Shown here: positions 17,701-24,965 of the stretch, piece after piece
How the letters are laid out: each line of letters opens with the position of its first letter
Numbering within the stretch: position 1 is the first letter of the stretch
DNA from: Candidatus Woesearchaeota archaeon
Lineage (GTDB): Archaea > Nanobdellota > Nanobdellia > SCGC-AAA011-G17 > CAYUTI01
Direction of reading: 5' to 3'
Assembly (NCBI GenBank): GCA_964447685.1
Contig: CAYUTI010000001.1
Location: 40,338-104,337 of the forward strand
DNA: 64,000 bases
The notes under the pieces: generated by a model
What the model was told of the DNA's origin: nothing
Databases searched by the model: none
Seen by the model: the letters and a program-made list of their open reading frames with translations, nothing else
Position numbers and translations under genes: made by a program

Positions 17701-19850
17701 GTATTGTTGGAAGTGCGGTTTTATGTTTACCTAAGAGTGTTTGTTTATCTGGTATTGTTGCAGGTTTAAAAAATTTACAAAGTGTATTCCAAGGTTATCA
17801 TGATTGTTTGGTTTCTGCTAAGATTGAGCAGCAGAGTATTGGTATTTGTAATGAGATAAGAAGTATTTGGCTTTGTGATATTATCTGGAGAGAAGTAATG
17901 ACCATCCTAAAACTTAAGGGAGGTTTACTAAAGGGCATTTTTAACAAAGCTGAAGAGTTGAGTGGAGGAGGAGAATATGTTACAGGTGGTTATGAGAGTG
18001 CTAAACAAACTGTAGATTACTTTACTAATAATTATGCAAATAATGTTTTTGATTCATACAAAGGAAGAAGTACTAATGAGATTGGTGCAGAAATATGTAA
18101 GAGTGTTATTTTTGGAGAGGGTCCTAGTTTAGGTGATCTTTTTGAAGATGCAGTTCAATTACAAAATCCTGTTCAGTTTACTGCTTACTTCACTGAAGCT
18201 CCACATTCTGCTAGAGCAGGTACTTCTAGATATGATGTTTATTATCACATTTATGCAGGAGATGAAGATGTTAGTTTCCAGGTTTATTTGCAAGGGGCTG
18301 AGGGTAATGTTAAATTTGGAAGTGGAAGTTTGAGGCCTGGAGAGTTTGCTGATGAAAGTGTGTATAAGGTTGCTGGTTCAGGAATGCAGGAAATTTGTGT
18401 AGTTTTGAATGGTCAGAAAGAGTGTGGATTTGGTAAGATTGTAAGTTCAAGTGCGGCTATTAGTCAAATGGGTGATATGTATGCTAAATATAAATTGACA
18501 CAAAATGTTAATTCTGAAAGTGATTGTAGAGATGAGATGGGTGTTAATTTGGAGTGTGCTGTAAATAATCCTGGAAAACCTTATGGTGAAGATGATAAAT
18601 GGGTAGAAGTAGGTAGTTGTGGTAAGGATGATCTTGGTAATAGTTTAGGTAAGTGTTGGATGGAAAAAGAAAGTTTAAAAGATGCTACCTCGGGAAATGC
18701 AGGTAATATTGATGAGGAGATTTTAGAAGCTCAGTGTGATGCTTATGTTTGTGATTTGAGAACTAATACTTGTAATAATCAAGTTTATAAAATTAGTACT
18801 TATAGTTCATGTTGTAAAGATTCTACTGCTTGTGTTTCAGGAGATATAGAAGGTAATGCTTTAATTAATGAGGATGAGATTAATTATTTGAAAAGTAAAT
18901 ATGCTGAGGGTCTTGTTTCTGAATTAGTTAGTAAACTTAAAAATCTTGATTGTGAATTAAAAGTTGAGACTATGTCAAATGAAGTTTTAAATTATTATTC
19001 TGGAAGATGTTATTATCAACAAGCTTTCAGTTTGTCTGGTGAAAATCAAGAAGAAATGTTAGAGAAGGCTGAAAGTAAGTTTAGGAATGTTGCTAGTGGC
19101 GATCTTAATGTGTTGGCTAATTATTGGTTAGCTGAGATTTATATTAAACTTTGTAAGAAAAATAATTTTGAAGATGCTAAGAAAGTTTTTGAGAGGGGTG
19201 TTAGTGATAATAATTTGAAGAAAGTTTATGAAGGTTACTCTTTAGATGGTAAAGAAGTTAGTGATGATTGTGAGAAGGAGGACAGTAGTAGAGATGTCGT
19301 TCAAGTTAGTAAAGAGAATGAAGATGAAATATATGTTAAGGAAATTAAAATTGGAGATATAGTTGTTTATACTTATCCTGGTAGATTTAATGAGTTAGTT
19401 AAAGGGGGTTCTTATCCTTTAAAGGTGATTTTTAATAAAAATCCTGAAACTTTTAATCTTAAATTGGAGGGAGATAATGTTGAGTGCAGTATGGATAAAG
19501 ATTTTGAGTTTAGTTGTGGGGAAAATATTTTTGCTGGAAAAAATCAATATACTTTGTATTTTTCTGGAGGTGTTTTAACTGAATCTCTGTCTTTGATTCT
19601 TGAAAATAATGAAGAAACTGTTGAATCTGGGAAGGCCTTTCTTTGTAGGTTGCCTTATAGGGATGAAATTTATTATTATTGTTTAGATTCTGGAAGGTGT
19701 AGTGATTATGGTTTTTCTAATTTTAAAGTTTTTGGAGAAAAAAATCAAGAATTTTCAGGAAATGTTGTTTGTCAAAATACATGTAATAATTATGGAAAAG
19801 TTGATGATACTATATGCGATTTAGAGGGATTAGATAAATTTGCAAAATGA
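14763..19850 (+). CDS. giant secreted protein (1695 aa), no recognised domain
   Basis: Sec-type signal 'MNRKSLVIFCIFLLMSIPFTSA'. ATGA overlaps at both ends. Internal hydrophobic segment and a Cys-rich core. Confidence 0.8.
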   Translation: MNRKSLVIFCIFLLMSIPFTSAEIDSSGLDIETTDISSETFEGDTEDISVQVGSYEPPVLVSALLEQQQVPIYANLFAITTKPLASTPEIERVSIRQVGGNRSYVGSVGYRKPDQYSFGDLGYIELRLKQIPKESDVPNNIEVDLEADIRFKYQEESSAGQGIIGMRVLEEDNFYDEKDLYAIQEGRGYLRLRSVVGTTANFVLYDESVNELTKFGVREGSVSNTLRLDKESNEYEDKVRIRVDDIKKGGVRAEISIAEEDYEVTKGDMLVEDFPWKVSAISPAKDGKKDYIVLTRGSNTVYIVEGYESFNDLETLYDHSNQMSTEVGLKSSGESDVSVGTFGVYDNKRLLDSLDLLKSDLTKSFGEAYYIHIKNINEESEGKATFRVADKDGNVAVVTHALGEELARIEGCTVINEDYKKCTLEDISDNYVKIRVPVFDTKENGERVCKADKIVRLNLNDNDNTDLICDKTFQLANIDSGDEVDVSVLAGEGEGRSLSRFSLNIPVEKRPINLTTDEIDKQINETLELIENLNKTISTLEEFTQTLAYACYGVMALATVGRFFSSGVGPTARLEVAEVYHDRYADYKTKGGDKTYNDWLRDSSLGGGTTQYEKDVSAMRNSLKTYEDQIKSFNFDEARLSDVYEGGDPRGYDLAKGAGSLNSQDQKDLIRYKMIMENTPEGSILYTEAESNYNSIVKRITEVSENYDDVRSGFEQSVAGLHLTAGTAGYFEALAVYQRSVRTETDAKSSKLDKSKIFQVEGKFYYYDGTQPKELIKIGDCYSPKGTSECYKIQGMNVNAYDFVGTPDIQVNSKKMVTVLPLTTDKCFYTGSSTENFDLYKNGLFIRIEYHPDYGRVEKVYLYNVGQDGVIGGKGDQFVSSYSRDETVNKDAIRDFQRFESCIKDANEAVAKGDSKVRFEGKSYQVNDETTTDRVGGQCQDVMSAGMCKMVFLVCDPVMCPSSRCNLNGKYQVDNVIQSGIVGSAVLCLPKSVCLSGIVAGLKNLQSVFQGYHDCLVSAKIEQQSIGICNEIRSIWLCDIIWREVMTILKLKGGLLKGIFNKAEELSGGGEYVTGGYESAKQTVDYFTNNYANNVFDSYKGRSTNEIGAEICKSVIFGEGPSLGDLFEDAVQLQNPVQFTAYFTEAPHSARAGTSRYDVYYHIYAGDEDVSFQVYLQGAEGNVKFGSGSLRPGEFADESVYKVAGSGMQEICVVLNGQKECGFGKIVSSSAAISQMGDMYAKYKLTQNVNSESDCRDEMGVNLECAVNNPGKPYGEDDKWVEVGSCGKDDLGNSLGKCWMEKESLKDATSGNAGNIDEEILEAQCDAYVCDLRTNTCNNQVYKISTYSSCCKDSTACVSGDIEGNALINEDEINYLKSKYAEGLVSELVSKLKNLDCELKVETMSNEVLNYYSGRCYYQQAFSLSGENQEEMLEKAESKFRNVASGDLNVLANYWLAEIYIKLCKKNNFEDAKKVFERGVSDNNLKKVYEGYSLDGKEVSDDCEKEDSSRDVVQVSKENEDEIYVKEIKIGDIVVYTYPGRFNELVKGGSYPLKVIFNKNPETFNLKLEGDNVECSMDKDFEFSCGENIFAGKNQYTLYFSGGVLTESLSLILENNEETVESGKAFLCRLPYRDEIYYYCLDSGRCSDYGFSNFKVFGEKNQEFSGNVVCQNTCNNYGKVDDTICDLEGLDKFAK

Positions 19851-20554
19851 AAAAATTCCTTAAAATTTTAAAGTATGTTTTACCCCTTGATTTAGTTTGT
19901 GTTATCTTAAGTTATTTCTTACTTATCTTTGGTGTTGAGAAGTTATATAATTATTATGATGAGATTAGTTCTTTTGAGCCTTTAATCAATAGTATGGTTA
20001 ATAATCTTGATTTGAGTGCAATGAGTTCTGCTCTAGAAACTATTAATCAGAGTTTAGCTAATATGTATTTTATTATATTTGTTGGTGTGTTATTGTTATT
20101 TATGTTGATGATGTTTAGTCAGAGTATAAATTGGAAAATAAGTTCTGATGGTGCTAAGAGGTTGTTTGAAAATTATAATGAATATTTTTGGAATTTTGTT
20201 CTGATTAGTTTTGTATTTTTGGTTTTGCCTCTCCTATTCTTGAATGTGTTTGGTATTAAGATTTTCTTTTTCTTTTATTTAGTAATGGTATATTTTTGTT
20301 TAATTGGTTATGGGTTGTTAAATGAGTTTAATGGAGCTAAATTGTTTAATGAGATTTTTGTTAGAAGTTTTAAAGAAGTAAATTTGTTGTTGGTTTATTT
20401 AGGATTATTAGTTTTTGAGTTTGGTTGTTTTGTATTGTTTATGATAATGAGTAATATTTATTCTTTTTTGATTTCTGGTTTAGTTTGTGTTGTTTTAGCT
20501 TTGATAGGGTATGCTTGGGTCAGATTTTATTTTTGTGGTGTTCTTGGAGAATAA
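19847..20554 (+). CDS. polytopic membrane protein (YFWN-motif family)
   Basis: 235 aa with about 5-6 hydrophobic helices. 'YFWNFVLISFVFLVL' matches 'YFWNVVLLRFMIFLI' of the ORF at 29477. Confidence 0.7.
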   Translation: MKKFLKILKYVLPLDLVCVILSYFLLIFGVEKLYNYYDEISSFEPLINSMVNNLDLSAMSSALETINQSLANMYFIIFVGVLLLFMLMMFSQSINWKISSDGAKRLFENYNEYFWNFVLISFVFLVLPLLFLNVFGIKIFFFFYLVMVYFCLIGYGLLNEFNGAKLFNEIFVRSFKEVNLLLVYLGLLVFEFGCFVLFMIMSNIYSFLISGLVCVVLALIGYAWVRFYFCGVLGE

Positions 20555-20556
20555 AG

Positions 20557-20692
20557 TGCGGGAGACAGGGTTCGAACCTGCGCAGACACTAAGCCAATGG
20601 GTCTCTTACCTTTATGGTCCTAAGCTTGGACTTCTAATGATTTTTGTAAATCATCTAGGATCCATCCCGTTTGACCACTCCGGCACTCCCGC
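20557..20692 (-). tRNA. class II tRNA, probably tRNA-Leu(TAG), with one or two introns
   Basis: On the minus strand: acceptor GCGGGAG/CTCCCGC plus A73, D-arm GCCGGAGTGGTCAAACGG, T-arm GCAGG-TTCGAAC-CCTGT. The gene is 136 nt, about 50 nt too long. Candidate anticodon stem TGGAT/GTCCA encloses a TGATTT-ACAA-AAATCA hairpin. GCTTAG is duplicated in the variable region. Confidence 0.6.
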
Positions 20693-20731
20693 GTGATAAG
20701 TATTAGAGAATTGGAGGCTTTAAAAAGTTTT

Positions 20732-22213
20732 TTATAATTGTTTTTGGAGTTTGCAAGGATCCATTTCTAAGAATATTCTAGATTCAAACTTATCCTTGAG
20801 TACATTTGCTAAAAATCCTGAGATATTGGAGTTTGAATTAAGCATGAAAGGATAACCAAAATGAACGTCTGTTCCCAAAGCTGCAAAGAAAAATCCTATT
20901 GCTACTGCTTTTTCTGTGATTGGTTTTGGGCATGAAACTAAGAAAGGCATGTCTGTTATTTTTTTGTTGTTCATATCTGCTAGCCTTTTGAAGGTTTCTG
21001 CTATCCTTGCATTGTTAACACAACTGCCCATATGGAAAACTCTTTTTCCATCTAGTAATCCTGCTTGGCCTAATTTGAAGGCCATGCAACCTGTTGTTAG
21101 AATAATATAATCTTTACTTAATTTTTTATAAGTTTCTTCCCATTTTTCTGTAACTCGAGGATTGTTGCAACCTATTACCGCTATTACTCCTTTGATTTTT
21201 TTCTTTTTGATATCTTCTGATATTTTTTCTAGATTTAGATTGTCTGGAGTAAAGCCTACTGTTACATTTGTTTTTTTGTTTTTAGGAATCTTTATTTTTT
21301 TTCTATTCTTTTTGTTAGCTCTTGCTATTTTGAAGATTCTTTGTACAATAAGTCTCACTGTTTTTTTATTAAATGGTAGATGTAAGGCATGAGGCATTCT
21401 CGCTAGGTTATTTGTAGTGATTAATCTAGTATGATAACACTCTACTAAATTGGATAGAGAAGGCATTACACACTGAACATCTACAACCATTGCTTCTATT
21501 GCACCTGTTGCGATGACATCTTCTTGCAAAACAAAATTAGCTGCTTGAGGGATGCCATATCTATTTAGGATTGAAGCGCCTGTACAACAAACTCCAATTA
21601 AATTTATATCTTTGTTCTCTGGTTTTTTTGCTTCTTCTGCCATTACTGAAGCTAGAGTTGGTTCATGACCATGAACTGCTATATTTACTTTATTTGGATT
21701 TATAACTCCTAAATCTATTTTTCCTTTTGTTATTTTTGGCTTTCCATGATAACTATCTTCTAGTTCTGTGGCTAGATACATCCCATAATAACCATCAATT
21801 ATTCCTAGTTTCATAGCTAGTTTGAGAATGTGTTGATAATCTGCATCTACACCCATTGTTGAAGCGTGTAATGATTCTGAGATATCTTTGAAATGTTCAT
21901 ATCTTACTTTTGGAACTATATCTAAATCATTCCATAGTTTGTATAAGTAAGGTGGAGCTTTTTTCTTTATATAATTCTTAGGGTATTTTTTTTCTTGGAA
22001 CTTTAAAACATGATAAGCATGACCTGCATGAGTTGCTGCACCGCCTGCTACAAATCTTAGAATATTTCTTGAGGTTACAACATCTAAATTTGCACCACAA
22101 ACTCCTGTTTTATTTGTCTGTGTAAGAATACAAGGACCCATCAAGCAGTGTTTACAACAATAACTGTGTAAGCCTATCTGACAAGATGGCTGCTTCAACC
22201 TCTCTTTTAACAT
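20732..22213 (-). CDS. compact CooS-like Ni-Fe-S protein (anaerobic CO dehydrogenase catalytic subunit family)
   Basis: N-terminal C-x7-CC-x2-C-x4-C pattern, then 'VHGHEP', 'GVCCTG', 'DVQCVMPS', 'VIGCNNPR', 'TTGCMAF', 'MGSCVNNAR'. Confidence 0.8.
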   Translation of the reverse strand: MLKERLKQPSCQIGLHSYCCKHCLMGPCILTQTNKTGVCGANLDVVTSRNILRFVAGGAATHAGHAYHVLKFQEKKYPKNYIKKKAPPYLYKLWNDLDIVPKVRYEHFKDISESLHASTMGVDADYQHILKLAMKLGIIDGYYGMYLATELEDSYHGKPKITKGKIDLGVINPNKVNIAVHGHEPTLASVMAEEAKKPENKDINLIGVCCTGASILNRYGIPQAANFVLQEDVIATGAIEAMVVDVQCVMPSLSNLVECYHTRLITTNNLARMPHALHLPFNKKTVRLIVQRIFKIARANKKNRKKIKIPKNKKTNVTVGFTPDNLNLEKISEDIKKKKIKGVIAVIGCNNPRVTEKWEETYKKLSKDYIILTTGCMAFKLGQAGLLDGKRVFHMGSCVNNARIAETFKRLADMNNKKITDMPFLVSCPKPITEKAVAIGFFFAALGTDVHFGYPFMLNSNSNISGFLANVLKDKFESRIFLEMDPCKLQKQL

Positions 22214-22243
22214 ATAATTGTTAAGAAGTTATTCTTTAAAAAG

Positions 22244-22411
22244 TTATTTCTTTTGCCAGCTATAAGATCTAAGTTTTTTAGATTTGCCAAATCCGCAAGA
22301 TGAACATTCAGACTTCTTTTTATGATAAGTTGCCTTACCGCATCTTCTACATCTGATGTGAAGTTTTGCTTTTCCTCTCTTACCTGCAGAGCCAGTTCCT
22401 TTACTTCCCAT
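22244..22411 (-). CDS. rpl37e: 50S ribosomal protein L37e (eL37)
   Basis: Not in the ORF track (55 aa): 'MGSKGTGSAGKRGKAKLHIRCRRCGKATYHKKKSECSSCGFGKSKKLRSYSWQKK'. C4 zinc ribbon. Lies directly downstream of LSm, as in many archaea. Confidence 0.85.
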   Translation of the reverse strand: MGSKGTGSAGKRGKAKLHIRCRRCGKATYHKKKSECSSCGFGKSKKLRSYSWQKK

Positions 22412-22415
22412 TTTC

Positions 22416-22640
22416 TTATTGTGGTGCTATCAGGATTATCGTGTCGCCTCTAATAAATGCTGTGCCTACTTTCCTTTTTAATTCACCGTCTACGTATTCT
22501 TCAGCTTCTGTTAGAACAGTATTAATATGAATGTCAAAAGCTTTTAGGTTTCCTATAAACTGTTTTCCGTTTTTTAATTCTATAATAACTCTTTTATTTC
22601 TTGCTGCGTTTAACGCATCTAATGGTCTTTCTGATTCCAT
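22416..22640 (-). CDS. Sm-like archaeal protein (LSm/SmAP)
   Basis: 'RPLDALNAARNKRVIIELKNGKQFIGNLKAFDIHINTVL..RGDTIILI' contains Sm1 and Sm2 motifs. Confidence 0.9.
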   Translation of the reverse strand: MESERPLDALNAARNKRVIIELKNGKQFIGNLKAFDIHINTVLTEAEEYVDGELKRKVGTAFIRGDTIILIAPQ

Positions 22641-22747
22641 GGTAAAGCCTCCTAATATTCAAAATTCTAATTTATTGTGTTTATAAAGGTTTCTGATTAG
22701 TTTTTTTAATAGTAAAGTTTTTAAACTCATTTTTTGAAGAAATATGT

Positions 22748-23125
22748 ATGGCAAGAAGCAAATTAAGAGCAAATACCAAATCTTCGGGTGGAAGATATAA
22801 AAGAATTAAAGGTAAAAAGCTGAAAGATTTAGCTGGTGAACCAACTTTAACTAAATTAGGTCAGTTAAGAGTTAAATTTGAAAGAGTTAAAGGTGGCTCT
22901 AGAAAGTATTCTGTATTAAGAGCTGAAGAAATTAATGTATATGATCCTAAAACCAAAAAGTATTCTAAACAAAAAGTTGAGGCAGTAATTGAGAATCCTG
23001 CAAATAGACATTATGTTAGACGTAATATTCTAACTAAAGGAACTGTTGTTAAAACCCCTGCAGGTAACGCTAGAATAACTAACCGACCTGGTCAAGAAGG
23101 TTCTGTTAACGCAATTTTAATTTAA
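22748..23125 (+). CDS. rps8e: 30S ribosomal protein S8e (eS8)
   Basis: 125 aa with a basic N-terminus 'KSSGGRYKRIKGKK' and 'ENPANRHYVRRNILTKG'. Confidence 0.9.
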   Translation: MARSKLRANTKSSGGRYKRIKGKKLKDLAGEPTLTKLGQLRVKFERVKGGSRKYSVLRAEEINVYDPKTKKYSKQKVEAVIENPANRHYVRRNILTKGTVVKTPAGNARITNRPGQEGSVNAILI

Positions 23126-23164
23126 GGTTTCCACGAGAAATTAAGGGTTTTTTTATATACTTTC

Positions 23165-23184
23165 CGAAAGCTTTATATACTACT
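23165..23184 (+). promoter_or_regulatory. BRE/TATA promoter of tfb
   Basis: 'CGAAAGCTTTATATACTACT'. The identical 20-mer recurs at 60228-60247. Confidence 0.55.
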
Positions 23185-23251
23185 TGTTTCAATTCTTTTT
23201 AAAGCTTATGGCTATATAAACTTTTTGGTATAATCCTGGGGGTAAAAAACA

Positions 23252-24175
23252 ATGGTTCACCAACATTACATAAAAAAGTGCCCTGAGTGTGGGGGTATTA
23301 ATTTAATTCTTAATAAAGAAAAAGGTGAGGTTATCTGTAAAGATTGTGGTCTTGTAATTGAAGAAAAATTAGTTGATTTTGGTCCTGAATGGAGAGATTT
23401 TGAAGATGGTGATGGTTCTGGAAGAAGAACTGGTGCACCTATGACTTATACTAAATTTGATAGAGGTTTAAGTACTGATATCGGTCAAAAAGGAGATATT
23501 TATGCTTTAGCTGGTAAAGGAAGGAATAAGTTCTTTAGATTAAGAAAATGGCAATATAGAATATCTACTGCTATTGAAAGAAACTTGAAACTTGCTTTGG
23601 CAGAATTGAAAAGAGTTGCTTCTTATTTGAAATTACCTAAATCTGTTGAAGAAGAATCTTCAAGGATTTATACTATGGCTGTTCAAAGAGGTTTAGTTAG
23701 AGGTAGATCAATGGAATCTGTTGTTGCTGGAGCACTTTATGCTGCATGTAGAAGACATGAAGTTCCTAGAACCTTGGATGAACTTTCAGAAGCTTCTGGA
23801 ATTGATAAAAAAGAAATTGGAAGAACTTATAGATTTGTAACTAGAGAATTAGGGATAAGGATCTTGCCTAGTAATCCTATTGATTATATACCTAGATTTG
23901 CTTCGGCTTTGAAATTATCTGCTGAAACTCAGAGTAAAGCTGTTGAGATTTTAGAGAAAGCACAGAAAGCTGAATTAACTTCTGGTAGAGGACCTACTGG
24001 TATCGCTGCTGCTTCATTATATGTTGCTGCTTTGTTAAATAATGAGAAGAGAACACAAAGAGAAGTTGCAGATATTGCAGGTGTTACTGAAGTTACAATT
24101 AGAAATAGGTATAAAGAATTATTAAAAGAGCTTAATTTGAAAGAAAAAGTTAAGAAGAAGAATAAAAAAGCTTAA
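23252..24175 (+). CDS. tfb: transcription initiation factor B (TFB)
   Basis: Zn ribbon 'CPECGG..CKDCG' followed by two cyclin-like repeats. GGGGGT SD upstream. Confidence 0.95.
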   Translation: MVHQHYIKKCPECGGINLILNKEKGEVICKDCGLVIEEKLVDFGPEWRDFEDGDGSGRRTGAPMTYTKFDRGLSTDIGQKGDIYALAGKGRNKFFRLRKWQYRISTAIERNLKLALAELKRVASYLKLPKSVEEESSRIYTMAVQRGLVRGRSMESVVAGALYAACRRHEVPRTLDELSEASGIDKKEIGRTYRFVTRELGIRILPSNPIDYIPRFASALKLSAETQSKAVEILEKAQKAELTSGRGPTGIAAASLYVAALLNNEKRTQREVADIAGVTEVTIRNRYKELLKELNLKEKVKKKNKKA

Positions 24176-24200
24176 ATATTATATTCTTTATATTTTCTCT

Positions 24201-24965
24201 ATGAAAAAGAGAGGTCAGGTTACTATATTAATTATTATGGGTCTTGTTGTAGTTGTAGTTGTTGGTTTGTTAATTTTTATTTTAATCCGATCTAATACAA
24301 ATATGGATTCTACTACCCCTGGTATTGTTTCTGAGGATATTACTAGTACTCTTAGTGAAGAGATTGAAAGTTGTATGGATGCAGGTTTATTAGATGCTCT
24401 TGATTTGGTTTATTATTATGGAGGGCATTTACAATCTACTCCTTATAATTTTACTTATTCTGGTAGATTAGTTAATTTGTTATGTTATGATGAAAAGGAT
24501 GGAATGATAAGTTTTCTAAATCCTAATTTTATTATTGAGAACAAAATCTCTAATTATGTGGTTCAATATACCTCTGAATGCATGAACTTTGAAAAATATG
24601 AAAGAGAAGGATATGTTATTGAAAAAGAAATACCCTCTGCTGAAGTTTTAATCGGCGATAAAAAAGTTTCAGTTGTATTAAGTTGGGTTGTTAGTTTTAA
24701 TAGAGAAGGTTCCACTAATAGATTAGAAGAATTTTCAGTTTCTGTTAATTCTGGTTTAGGTACTTTACTAGACATAGTTAATGATATTGTAGAGGAAGAG
24801 ATTATTGATGATTTTACTGGTCAAGAGTTGGTTGATTATAGGTTAACTATAGATCCTACTTTAAAAATTGTTAGAGATGATATTACCTCTTCGGTGAGTG
24901 TTTATAATCTAACTTATCCAAAAGAGCAAAATAGTTTCTATTTTGGTTGTAGGAGGACTAAATGA
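24201..24965 (+). CDS. protein with class-III (prepilin-like) signal peptide, short paralogue of 12778
   Basis: 'MKKRGQVTILIIMGLVVVVVV'. 'EEIESCMDAGLLDALDLVYYYGGHL' aligns with 'KNFVDDCLYEVSNEALIKLGTQGGYV' of the 669-aa protein. Confidence 0.7.
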   Translation: MKKRGQVTILIIMGLVVVVVVGLLIFILIRSNTNMDSTTPGIVSEDITSTLSEEIESCMDAGLLDALDLVYYYGGHLQSTPYNFTYSGRLVNLLCYDEKDGMISFLNPNFIIENKISNYVVQYTSECMNFEKYEREGYVIEKEIPSAEVLIGDKKVSVVLSWVVSFNREGSTNRLEEFSVSVNSGLGTLLDIVNDIVEEEIIDDFTGQELVDYRLTIDPTLKIVRDDITSSVSVYNLTYPKEQNSFYFGCRRTK

